A stretch of DNA of 64,000 nt from Gnetum montanum (taxonomy: Eukaryota > Plantae > Gnetophyta), in NCBI GenBank assembly GCA_015680685.1, contig MNCI01002192.1:127237-191236 (forward strand), written 5' to 3'. Positions 13,130-24,999 of the stretch are shown in pieces. Below the pieces are notes generated by a model, which did not search any database, was not told the DNA's origin, and saw only the letters and a program-made list of their open reading frames with translations. The first letter of the stretch is position 1. Every line of letters starts with the position of its first letter. The translations under genes and the position numbers were made by a program.

Positions 13130-16100
13130 ATTGGCAAACATGGACGAGAGGGAGCGAGCACTAGGGCACCTACCCTAAGCACATGTGAAAGAGAGGAGGC
13201 CATTAGTGTCTACCAAGTACCCCAACTATTCTTCCTTTATCTTTTGCACTTCAAGGATTTTGGGAATGTGGACATGAGAATGTGCCCTAGCATGGTAGGG
13301 GGCCACCATTGCAACATGTTGTTTCAATAGTGATTGTGATAGGGAGGGGCATGCATGGCAGGGAGTGTTTCTTGGTTGTCATTTTATTTTTTGGGGCATG
13401 TTGGGGTTTTTCTTTCAACCTTGAGAGATGGGTTCATGGGTTGCATAGGTTGGGAAACTCATTTGATTGAGGTTCAACAATGTAGCAATAGGGGGGATTT
13501 TGGTGTTGACTAGGGCCAAGGAGTGGCCTGCCATAAGGGTGAGGGGCATGGTAGGGGTTTTTCTTACATTTCTTTATTTTCTTTTAAAAGAAAAAATTTC
13601 TATTTTTGGGGAATGAACAAGGGCAAGGCAAGTGTAAGTTTTCTAGCTTTGGTAGCAGCTAAAACATAGTTGGCTACGGGGTGGATGACATAGCAGGGAT
13701 TTACCCTACAATTTTATTTTTGTTGTTGTTGTTTTTTTTTATTTTTTCAAAATTTTGAGAGCTAGACTGAGGGCTAGGTGTGTCACATGTCACAAGGCCA
13801 TGGGGCTTCTTGTTTCTTGTGGCTTGGCTACAAGGGCTATGGGGATGATTTCACCCCATAGCGTGGCCATGGGGCTTCAAGGGCCACAAGGGCATTCAAC
13901 ACTGGGGCATGTTTTCTATGTTGTTGTTTTTTTCATTTTTGAAATAGATGTTTTTCTATGGAGTGATGATTGAGTAAGGAAACGTTAGGGCTTAGTGGAA
14001 ATGTTGGGTGTAGTCACATAACAGTGCGTGAGGATTGCACACAGTAGGTGTAGTAGGCATGGAGCACGCAAGGCATGGTGGGAGTGGTGGCATGGAGAGG
14101 GCAGTGGGATAGCACACGATGTTGTTGTAGGACACGTTGTGCAGAGAGAACTAGGGCATCAACCAAGACCTTACTCTTTATGGGCCATAGCCAAGACTAT
14201 GCTCGCCATACTTTGGAGGAGCAGTTGACACCAAGTGTTTGACAAAATGACATCTATCCAAAAGTTAGTTTTTTCAAAACTACACTCTGTAGGGAGCATG
14301 GTCACGAGTTAGAAAAATTTGCAATTTGACTATGCTCTCCATGTTTTGGAGTGTAGTTGGGGTACTACCAAAATTAGAAAAAATTTTATCCTCTTCCTAG
14401 ACTATGCTCTCCACTGAGCAGTCTAGAGTTAGAAACATTTTATGACTTTCCAAACTACACTGTCCAGAGTTTGAAATTTTTTTTAAATTGAGCATAATGT
14501 GAAACTTGTGAAATGTAATAATGCTAATCATGAAAATTGCAACAATGCTAAACTTGTGAAAACATGCTGATGCTAAACTTGTGAAACCTATGAAATGGAA
14601 TGCTAATCCTATGCAAACGTGTTGTATCATAGTGAGTACTAGGCATGTCAAATAAGTTGGTTGATGTCCTATACTAGGCAGTGTGGTTTTGACTAAGGGC
14701 TCATGAGTTTTTGGGGTACCTACTATAGTAGTTTACTGTGATCATGTGGTTACACTTAATGATGGATTCAACTAGTGCCATCACTAAGATGTTGCTAGCT
14801 AGGGCTAATCAAGACATCTTGAGGTTCATTTTAGATGAGCCTACTACTAGCAATGATGGCATGAGTGACTTAGGTAGAGGCCATAGGAGTGATAGGTGCC
14901 TATCTAGGATATGACGCATGCTAAGGTTCAATTTCTATAATAAGAGCAACATCCTCTTCATCATGCTATGGGTGCGCACACTATTTCAGAAGCCACCTAG
15001 AACTGTGTATTGTGCTGGAGGGTAAGTGCTTTTATCGCTTTCACAATTTGTCTTTTGCTACTTGCTCATGCTATCTTACTAATAGCTCATGCTTAATGCC
15101 AAATTCAGAGTTGATGAGGAGGGCCTACATGATGAGGCAAATGCTCTAGCCTTGACCTGCACTCCCTTGGTCGTGTTCACCTCTAGCCCAAACATTCAAG
15201 AAGTTATGGTTGAGTAGGTGGGATTTGATCTAAAGGTTTACCTTGCTTGCTACTTGAGGACATATGATCAATGTAGGATCCACAACTAGTTAGATAAGGA
15301 GTGGGCTACTGGTGTGATTAACACCAAGGAGATGCTTGTAGCACCATGCCCATCTCATACCCCATTTTTTTCATGTATGCATCTAAGTTTTGGCTTATGT
15401 GCTTGCTCATGTGTGCTTGTTAGTTTTCCTTTTGCATGATGCTAATGTCATTTTGCCTTGGTTGTAGTGGTAGTTTCTTTAGGTAAGGTGATAGTGGTTA
15501 TCACAAGCTACACAAAGGTTACCCTCATCATGAAATATGGTGATGTGGAGGGTGCATAACACTAGTTGTGCCACAAGGCCTTAGAGGAACTAATAGCTAG
15601 GCTCACACATGCAAGGTTGATGCACCTATTTTTGGCCCTTAGCTTAAGTATTCTGGTGGCCAAAATGGTCACCATTATTAACTCCTTCAGTAGTGACATT
15701 AGCCAGTTCGTCACTCGAGTGCATAGTGTGAGGGTAGTGCTTGAGCTTAGCAAGGCCTTCTTTGTTGATTTCTTTGGCCTTTCCATTGATGACCCATTGA
15801 TTGTTGATAAGGCCAATAGGGAGATGGATAGCAGAGGGGAGATTAAGGACTAGTTGGAGGCCATCCGATCTCATAAGGGCATACAAATCAAAGATGTGGT
15901 TATGCCTAAGGTATAGGAGCTATACCCTCTTTTCTATGCTTGTGCCTTCCTAAAGTTGTTCTTCCATGGAAAGATATTTGGGGTAGAGTAGGCATAAGTG
16001 ATGAAAGAGGTGTTGTTGGGGGGCACAAGATTCAACTAGATTGCCTATATTGCTAGGGGCTTACATGTAGAGATCTCTAGGATATGGTTTAATATCCAAG

Positions 16101-18210
16101 TGAGTTCCCATGTCCACTTCATGTTCCTTGTAGGGTATCTACGAAGGTTCATGGAGCTTCTAATTGTACATGATGGTGGGCGTTGGATGGTGTAGGATCA
16201 TGAATAGTTGTCCAAAGCATGGATCAAGCACCTATTTAATGACCACATAGGCATAGAACTTCCCAAAGGAGATCGATGAGTCATTATCCATAATGACTAA
16301 AGGTGTCATGGGGTAGTGATACTACTCACATGATAATATAGGTGAGGGTCCCTTGATTGGCACCAGGGACATGAACAAGGTGGATCATTATATTGCAGAG
16401 ATGGTGGGATTATCTAAGGTAGAGATTAAGAGGCCATGTCCCATGGAGGAGACTATCCCCTAGGTCAAAAGACTAAGTAGCAAGTAGATTTGTATCAAGT
16501 TTCAAAGCTTTCACACAGAGATGGTAGGTTAGTATGCATAACTTGTTAGATGAATTTATTACACTAATGTATGTTCATATTTTTTTTATGTTTTTTTAAG
16601 GTATTCTATTAACTAGTACTAATGTTGTAATCATATGTGTTGATTGTAGAGATTGGAGAAAGGACTGCTAGAGCAATGGCCAAACTAGTAACAGAAGATG
16701 CACCTCCTCAAGTTGAGGAGGGGAAGGCTCATGGAGATGAGGTACTTGAGGTAGCAAAGATCCTCTAACAGTTGGAGGAGGGGTTGCTACACCTCAATGG
16801 GAGTAATTTTAATTACCTATTTGATGGTGTATAGCTGGGTGACCCCCTTGCACTCACACCCAAGGGCTTACTAGGTAAGTACTTTGTGTTGTCATTTGTT
16901 AGTTCCTTTTTCTCTAGTCTCTTTAGCTATTCAGTTATATGCTGATGACATCGCTGTGTTACAGCCTCAGATGTTCCTACTAGTGGTCCCACATCTATCT
17001 ATTGCATGGATCCATGGGTAGACATGCCTAATAAATTTTCCTTCATGGAAGGCATCATGGAGGACATGGTGGATCATTTGCAATAGTCAGATTCTAAGCT
17101 TAGTATGTTTGCTATGTTGCTTTGCTTTATGTTATTTTACTAATGAATGCTTAGTGGCTAAGATTAATCACTTGTTGTGTGGCAATAACTTCTAAGCTTC
17201 GATGGGATCCGAGCAAGGTAATGAAGGTAGATGCCCTCCCTAACCTTCCTCATGAGGTGGATCAAGTGTCTTGTCACATGAATGAGATAGCAAGAAAGTG
17301 CTACTTTGTTGTGCAAAGGAATTTTGGGTTTGTAGGGGCATAAACTAGCACTTGTGGAAATGTGTGCACGAGATGCATGAGAGAGTGATTGGCTAGGATA
17401 CAAAGATTAGAGACCTTTAATCTCGATATGACTTTCTAGTGGCTAGGTCATAGGGAGATAACACTTGAAGAACCTATGAGATAGAATATGCTTAATATTT
17501 GTCAGCTCTTAAAGGCAAGAATTAGGCTACCTAGGAGGTGATAGAGCAATAGTTGTAGATGGACTTACTCATCCAAAAAAATCAAGACTAGAAGAATTAT
17601 AGCACTAAGGTGTACCAGTGGTGGCTGACTGAAAAGAATCACAAGAACCAATACAAGCATGAGTGTGATACATACCTTCAATAGTACAAGGAGAAGTCTA
17701 TTGAACACTATTACCTTGAGATGTTTCTTAAGGAAATTGGCAAGAGACAAGCTTATGAGTTGTTCACGCAGCATATAGTGGTGAGTGGCTCTCCTGAGCA
17801 ACAAATTGTCACATCTTTGGGAGGGGCTTCCTCTGCTACCTTTTCCATGGCACCATCATGGACAAAGGTAAGACCCTTGTAGGGATTGACTTTGGCCAAG
17901 AGGACTAGTCATAGCTTTCTGAGGCCAAGATCCTTCGATGCTTGGAGGATGGCCTTGAAAAGTTACCGCCAGAAGACATTGATGCAAGACCCTCCCAGGT
18001 TAGTTGTTAATTTTTTATGCTTTTTCATTTTTTTGGTTAGCTTGTGTTGTACAAATTTACTTACCAATTGCTTGTTTTTGTTGTGGTTGTGGTAGTAGGT
18101 ATTAGAAGATGTTACAAGCCCCAGTGATGTGGTGGGGGAAGAAGAGCCTCCACCTCCACTTAGTGCCACCAGTTGAGCATGACCTGATGTAGCCCTATTG
18201 CTTGACATTT
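13130..18210 (+). pseudogene. Antisense multi-exon accessory gene inside the PR-RT spacer of E1 (PMD-like segment, acidic region, coiled coil)
   Basis: Exon translations align with the minus-strand exons at 58604-62635 (ARANQDILRF vs PRANQGILRF; TRVHSVRVVL vs THVHSVQVIL; MDLLIQKNQD vs MDLLAQKNQD). GT-AG introns at ~15022-15108, 15375-15467, 16528-16649, 16875-16964 and 17999-18098. Confidence 0.8.
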
Positions 18211-18399
18211 TTGCTATTTTTTTTGTGTTTTGGTGCTCATGATACTCATGCTATGTACTATTATTCATGTGATATCTAATGCATATGTTTCGCTATATGT
18301 GTGATGTGCAATGTGCAATGTGCAAACTTTATTTTTTATGTTTTATGTTTGCTATGTGCTTACTATGGTATGCTAAGTTAAGTCTATGTGATGATGGTG

Positions 18400-18665
18400 C
18401 AACTAGGCCATTGCGAGCCTAATGCTAGTTTAAGGCCATTTTGGGCCATGATGATAGTTTTAGGCCATTTCAGGCTATGTATACTACTAGTTTAAGGCCA
18501 TTTTAGGCTATAGTGATGATTAAGAGTGGTAGTTTTAGGCCATTTTGGGCCATATATTGCTAGTTTTAGGCCTTTTCAAGCCACAAGGTGAGGATCAATG
18601 GTGGTAGTTTAAGGCCATTTTGATCCATGGGTTGCTAGTTTAGGGCCATGGTGGGCCACGCAGTG
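18400..18665. repeat. Tandem array (TAGTTTT/AAGGCCATTTT core) at the PR-proximal end of the E1 spacer
   Basis: About 7 degenerate units of GCTAGTTT(T/A)AGGCCATTTT. Homologous to 58295-58445 (reverse complement). Confidence 0.85.
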
Positions 18666-18959
18666 CTATTTCTCTTTTTGGGATTTTAGCTTTTCTAATT
18701 TTTGTGCATTTTTATGTTTTTCATGTGTAAGCTAATGATTGTTAAATGGTAAACTAAATGAGCGAATGTGTAAACTAAACAAAATGCATAAACAAATAAA
18801 ATGAATGCATAAACAAAGTAGAACGATGTGTAATGTGAACAATCTAGCTAAAAGTAAATGTGTAAACAAATGTAATGTATGCAAAATGTGAAATGCATGG
18901 ATAAATGTAAAAGCAAAGGGCAAGTAGGCACATAGTGTGTGTTAGACTAAGGAGATTCC

Positions 18960-21900
18960 TTAGTCACATAGTTGCTTCCTAACTTGGTGTGGGTTAGGAG
19001 GTGCATAGGGCCTAGAATGTACTATGTGATATTCCCCTTGACCTTCATTTGCAATGGTGAAGAGAAACTCAGCCCACAAAGCATCCTGTGGGAGGTCATT
19101 GGCTTCTTCTACTTGTTCGGGTGGGTTAGCCTCGTGCATTTCATCCTCATTTTTTGCTGTGGATGCATAGGGAACTCCACCTTTGACCCTTACTTCATGT
19201 CTATGTTGTTAATGGCTAGAGGGGTTGCATTGTCACCATGAATAATAACCTTGCCACCTTCATATGAAAGGTGGATCTTTTGGTGGATGGGGGAGGAGAT
19301 GGTCTATGATTGGGCCAACCAAGGCTTACCCAATATTAAGTTAAAGCTTAGCATTTCCTCTACAATGATAAACTTAGGAGTAGTGGGGAATTGTTTGCCT
19401 ACCACAAAGGCTATTGTGAGAGTTCCCCTAATGATGACATGTGACCTATTGAAGGATTTTAGGCATGTGGTTTTTATTGGTTAGATTTGCTCAACAAGGC
19501 TTAGTTTTTCAATGATGGTGTATGGGATGACATTTGTTGCTACCTTGTTGTTAATGTGCACCCTACAAATTTTGCATTACTTGATACGTATTGTGATAAA
19601 CATGGATGTTGTGATGACTTGACCCTTCTCAAGATTGATCTTAATTGCATCATCATGGAATGATAAGGGTGTTGAGCTTGATTCCTATGGTGCAGGAGGC
19701 AACATCATAACATGGATGGAATGCTCATCTACTGGGATGTCCTTCATGATAAGAATGGAGGTCAACATCTAGACTAGTGCCTCATGGTGGGTAGAGAAGG
19801 TCATAATCAAGTCATATAGGCTCAACATTGTATTTTTCTGCTTTAGGGCTTGATTGACCTAGGTTAATGCATCTAGAAAGTCATTGTCAGTGTCTACCAT
19901 TTTGTAGGCATTGACCTCCTCCATGTGATCTAAGAAATGGATCTTTCATAAAGGAGATGTGGACTTGGCTTTTTTAGTATGTTTGGGGGCCTCAGTGCTT
20001 GATTGCACCTTGTTGATGGTGGCCTTTTTAGTTGTTTTGGGCATGGGGATTGCAGAAAGAGGGACTGGTTTGGGTAGACCTAGCACCTTTTGCTCATGAT
20101 GTTGTCTAATCATCGTATTAGCGAGATGCTCATTAGGCCTCTCGGGCTACCACCTAAATGGTCTATTGGTATGGCCAGTAGGATTGGCTTTTGGATGAGA
20201 AAGGAATAATGCGTCACCCACCACTAGACTTTAGGTAGGTGCAGGGTCAACATGTTGTAGCACCCTAATGACAAAGGATGGCTGAACTATTGCTACCATG
20301 ACATGCTAGGGAACCCTGACCATGAAGGGTGTTGTGGGTGCTCGAGGTGGTGCTCTAATGTTGAAAGGGAGCCTCAAGCTTGTGGAGGCTAAGGGGATCT
20401 CTACATTACCAGAGGGCACATAAACCATGAATGGTCATTGCACCGACTCTTGGTTGTCATCAACACTAATGTACCTTCCATCATCTATGTTTAGAGGATC
20501 CTTATATACCCTCATGGATTGGTTTTGAGGCCTCACTAGGTTGGTAGCATTGAGCACCAACTCATCTCTATCAATCATCCATTATAGATAATCCTACAGG
20601 GCCATGCAAAATTTAGTGTTGTTACTGGGCAATTGGTGTTAGTGACAAAACCTATCTAGCTTAAAGTGCTTTGACATCGAAGGCCCATTTAGTGCTATAA
20701 ACGTAGGGTTCTTGAGGAGCTCGCAGTATCTATCATGTCTCTTGTGAGTGTCCTTAGAAATTTTCTTGTACTAGATGTGTCTAGCCTTAAGCAGTTGGTC
20801 TAGGAGTTTCAAAGGTTTAAGGGGTAGCGAGGTATACTTTGAGTAATCCTTGCACTCAAAGATGGGCCTTAGAGTTACTTGCATTTTTTCCACTGATGAT
20901 GTAGACTAGTTCATTGTTGTGCTATAGTTGGTAGTTTTATTGTTGGTTGGGGCCTTGGGTGGCCTGGTTGTTGGCTTTGGATTAGTTTTTTTTGGCCTTG
21001 TTGGTCATAGTTTCCATAGTTGTAGCTTGATTTCCCTTATTTTTTTCCTTTTTATCATGTAACTTCTTATAGGCCATGTAGGCTGGGTCCTTGCTGGCTT
21101 CTGTCATGTCCTATATACTTTTAGTTTGGGCATAAGATTGGCTTAGGGATTGTGAGGTTAAGTAGTATAAAGTCATTAACTACATCCTTGAAGATGGCTA
21201 GAAGGTGCATTTCTGCTATAGGCTCATGGATTTCATTTAGTGATGTGATCTAATGTTGGATAAATTTCTACATATGCTCTAGATGTCCCTACTTGATTTG
21301 CATGAGCTAGTCAAGGATGGTTTTTGGCTTCAAGTTGTACTTGAAGCACATGATGAACTGACTCAATAGATCTTACAAAGAGGTTGAGGCCCTAAGTAGC
21401 ACTTGGTACTAGTCAAGTGTCTTGTCAATGAGTGACATGGTGAAGAAATGTATGATGGCATGTAGTCATGCCTATAGTAATAAGCACTTAGACTAAAAGG
21501 TCACCAAGTGTGCATTAGGATTCCCTTCATCATTGTACTTGGTGAAGTAAGGAAGAAAGATCCTCATTGGGAGAGTCTATTGTGGAATAACAAGACTTAT
21601 GTGATCATCCTGGTAAAAGTCCACCATGTGAACCATTTTAGAGGAGGTGGCCTTGCTTGATCTCGTTTGTTAAGGTTTGGATTAGCTAGAATGGTTGATC
21701 TAAGCCTTGGAATGTAACAATGGGTTGCCTTAGTTGTGCTGCTTGTTATGCTAGTTGCATGGTCCATGACTTGGCTGAAGGTTGTGTGGCAATACAAGAT
21801 ACTTTCTGTGTTGGTTTTGTCATAGGCTAACTCTAGAAACTATAGAATCATCAAAATCATGCTCGGAACGAGCCTCAAAATCATCTTTCTTCCCATGTAG

Positions 21901-22300
21901 AATCTCCTTATAGTCTGCTCCTAGTTCATGCTCACTTGTTTAGATGAGTTGGGCTAGGATCCACTAGTAGGGTTTGGTAAGTGGGATGAAGTCAATAGAG
22001 GAGGGGATGTACTCTCTTTTGTTTCGATTGATGAGCTCATAAGCTTTCTTCACTTCCATATCAAAGTGATCTACGAATAGGGCCACTTGGAGCTTTACAC
22101 ATATGAAGTTGTACTGTTCATCATTCAGTGTGATATACTTGGATTTTTGGTTATGCAACCTTAGGGATTGCCTTGGTTCTACCATGGTGGGACTGGGAAG
22201 GTGGTCAATCCTATTTTCTTGTTGAGTAGGAAGGGTAGCAAATGTGCTTTTAATGGATGTTAAAGGTTGCTCAAAATTCATGGTGCTAATTGAAAGTTGC
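18960..22300 (-). pseudogene. gag-protease of E1
   Basis: FTKYNDEGNPNAHLVTF; FCH*HQLP (Zn-finger-like); SLYDLIMT..HHEALV; IHQKIHLSYEGGKVIIHGD. Colinear with 49-54 kb and 55-58 kb. Confidence 0.9.
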
Positions 22301-22460
22301 AAAAAAAAAAAAAAAAGCTAACTCTAGAAACTATAGGAAAACAACCAAGTTTGGAAATTGTAGAAAAATGGCTAAGTTTGAAAGCTGCAGAAAATGTCTA
22401 ACTTTGGAGAAAATGGCTAAGTTTGAAGATTGCAAAAAAATGGCTATGTTTGGAGACTAT
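22300..22460. repeat. ~27-28-bp tandem repeats in E1 5' leader
   Basis: AGAAAATGGCTAAGTTTG-type units repeated about 5 times. Confidence 0.7.
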
Positions 22461-22775
22461 GTTCTTTACATTGAGAGCTAACTACGCTCTCTACACTAAG
22501 AACCAACTACACTCTCTACTGAGAGCCAAAAATTTAGCTAAGTGCAGGAATGGATGCTCTGAGGTTGCTACATGGGATTCCAAGGGAACTTATGATGGGG
22601 TCTAGTCTACACCTATTGATTTTTAGATAACATCTATGTTGGTCTAAGATTTAGCTACTTCCACATGTGGTAGGTCTATAGGGGTGTTGGGTCTACGCTA
22701 GCCCAAAGCTAGCAACGATGATGTAGAGAGCACACGAGACAACCCCCAATGGAGTCTAAGAGAGAAAAAGGTCTT

Positions 22776-22794
22776 GACCCTCCTTCTAGCGCAA
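22776..22794 (-). promoter_or_regulatory. Primer-binding site complementary to tRNA-Asn 3' end
   Basis: Plus strand GACCCTCCTTCTAGCGCAA matches the plant tRNA-Asn(GTT) 3' end (..CCCTCCTTCTAGCGCCA). Adjacent to the 5' LTR. Confidence 0.85.
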
Positions 22795-22799
22795 GAAAA

Positions 22800-24506
22800 T
22801 ATAGTGACCAAAAATTTAAATGGTTAGAATGGAACATCGAGAGGTTTTTGGATGCATAGCTTTAACCCTAAGTCCATGTGATTACTTGCTAGATGCAGAG
22901 ATAGGGTGCCCATAATGGTCTTGTTGATTGAATAGGGACTTACAAAATGCAATGCTAAATGGTGCTAAGTGTTTGCATGGTGTTCACGGTGTTGGTAGGG
23001 GTGAGCATAGTCAAGGTCTCCAATGGAAAATGAGGGTTTCAACTTGCAGCAATATGTGAAAATAGCTAAAAATGCGAGTAAAGTGGCAAAATACAAGTAA
23101 AAATGCTAAAGAATGTGTAGAGAGAGAGCGAGAGAGAAGGTGACACCACCCCAAACATGGTTGAGCATAGTTAACTTTAGAAGGGGTGAGAAGGTATGTG
23201 ATGTACAACAAGCATAGTGGGTAGCATAGTCATAATCTTGGGGTGTCTAACTACAAATATTGACATTCTACTGTGGTGTCTGTGCCTACTAGGTTGGCCC
23301 CTATGGTGATCTACGATGTCCTACACTAGGTTACGGTGGTGTGCAAATGACTTGCCATGCTAAAATGCACTTCAAGAATTCTAATCTTGCTTCGATTTTG
23401 CTAATCTGCTTCCAATTTTTGCCAACCCCTAAAACATTAAGGGCTAGGGTATTTATAGTCCTAGGGTTCTTATGGAATGTAGATCAATTGGTAAATGGTA
23501 GTGGACAGTTGGGACTACGCTACATCAAACTATGCTCTCCACTAAAGTAAGTAGTTTTATGCTCTGGTGTGCTCCAATGGACTCTACAAGACTACTAGAA
23601 TATGAATATGCTACCAACTACATATTTGTGAGCTAAATAAGACCACAATGTGCTTGAAAAAATATGAAAAAATGCAACTTTGGAGACTACACTCTAGGAC
23701 TATGCTATCCACTATCTTGAGTGGGTCGAGTGTAGTTACAATTTCAGGATAAAAGGGAGTACAACAAAGATGAATTTTTGCTAACTATGCTTGCTAGAGG
23801 TGTGTTTGAGCTAACCTGAGTGCTAGTGCTATGTTGTGGAGGCCATTGGGTTGTTCTGGCTACTTATGCTTGACTACACTCTCGACTGGGGGAGAGTGTA
23901 GTCCAACACTTAGAAAAATTTTGCAGAACATGGATATGTGCTAACTATGCTCTCCATGGAAGAATGACTATGCTTCTAATTGGGCTCAAGCATAGTCCTA
24001 GCAGTTGGAAAATTTTTGCAAAATCTGGCTTCTAGTTAACTACGCTTGACTATGCTTTAGTTTGGTGGAGAGCATAGTCTCAACAGTTAGAAAATTTCTG
24101 CCAAACTAGGTTTTCCATATTAACTATGCTTAACTACTCTCTAGGGGTAGTGGAGAGCATAGTCTCAACACTTGGAAAAATCTACAGCTGCTAGCTTGAC
24201 ACATAGAAAAATTTGCAAACTAGCCTTTAGTGTTTAACTACGCTCTCTATTGAGTTGACTATGCTCTAATATAGTGGTGAGGGTAGTCCCAACACTTAGA
24301 AAATTTTTGCAACTTCTTGTTTCATGATGACACTTAGGAAAAATTGCAAAAAGTTAGTCTTTGGACCTAACTACGCTACCTACTAGCTAACTATGCTCTG
24401 AGGTAGTGGAGAACATAGTCTTAGAACTTAGAAAAATTTTGCCTCGTGTTGACACTTAGATGAATTTGCAATTGAGAAGCTATCACCCAAATTTGGTGGT
24501 GTTTCA
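22800..24506 (-). repeat. 5' LTR of E1
   Basis: Minus strand starts TGAAACACCACC. Colinear with 6597-8292 but visibly diverged, indicating an old insertion. Confidence 0.95.
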
Positions 24507-24511
24507 ATGAG

Positions 24512-24812
24512 TAATGACATAAACACATGGTGTAATAACACCCATAGAGGAAGTGCAAAGAATCAACATGTCCCCTTGATGCCACACCTTTTCTATTCTC
24601 CCTTGATTCTTTCCCTTTTCTTCAAGGCATAGTGATCATGAGTTAATTTTAGTTTCATGTGATAAGAACTATATTAATTTCATGATAAAGACCTCTTATT
24701 TATAGAAACTAGAACGATGGATGATGTGGCTTCATTACTTTACATAATTATTTACTCGATCTTCTTAATAGCATAGGACAAAAACCAACACATGACATTG
24801 ATTTCTGCATCA
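24512..24812 (-). mobile_element. Part of an older LTR interrupted by E1 (other half ~6355-6591)
   Basis: ACCTCTTATTTATAG (TATA on minus) at ~24691-24705. Ends ..CTGCATCA (TGATGCAG on minus). Left flank has duplicated ACTAGAG..TACCTTTA..GGGTAACATG motifs. Confidence 0.45.
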
Positions 24813-24999
24813 TGACTAGAAATATTATTAGAGAAAACATAGTAAATGTTCAAAATTATATAATGAAAGTGACTATAGAAAATATAAATTTATAAAGAAA
24901 CAGAGAATCATTAGAAATGGAAAACATGTTAAAAAATGAAAAATTTTGAAAAAAATAGAAAAATATTGAAAATAGAAAAATGATAAATAATTGTAAAAA

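Larger units (their letters stand above)
6597..24506 (-). mobile_element. Full-length Ty3/gypsy Tat/Ogre-type LTR retrotransposon (element E1), degenerate
   Basis: Two ~1.7-kb LTRs (6597-8292, 22800-24506). TSD ATGAG at 6592-6596 and 24507-24511. PBS and PPT present. Order is gag-PR-[spacer]-RT-RH-aRH-INT. Confidence 0.95.

Noticed and set aside
22776-22794. tRNA-Asn gene
   Set aside because: Only the 3'-terminal ~18 nt match, next to an LTR, so it is a PBS.
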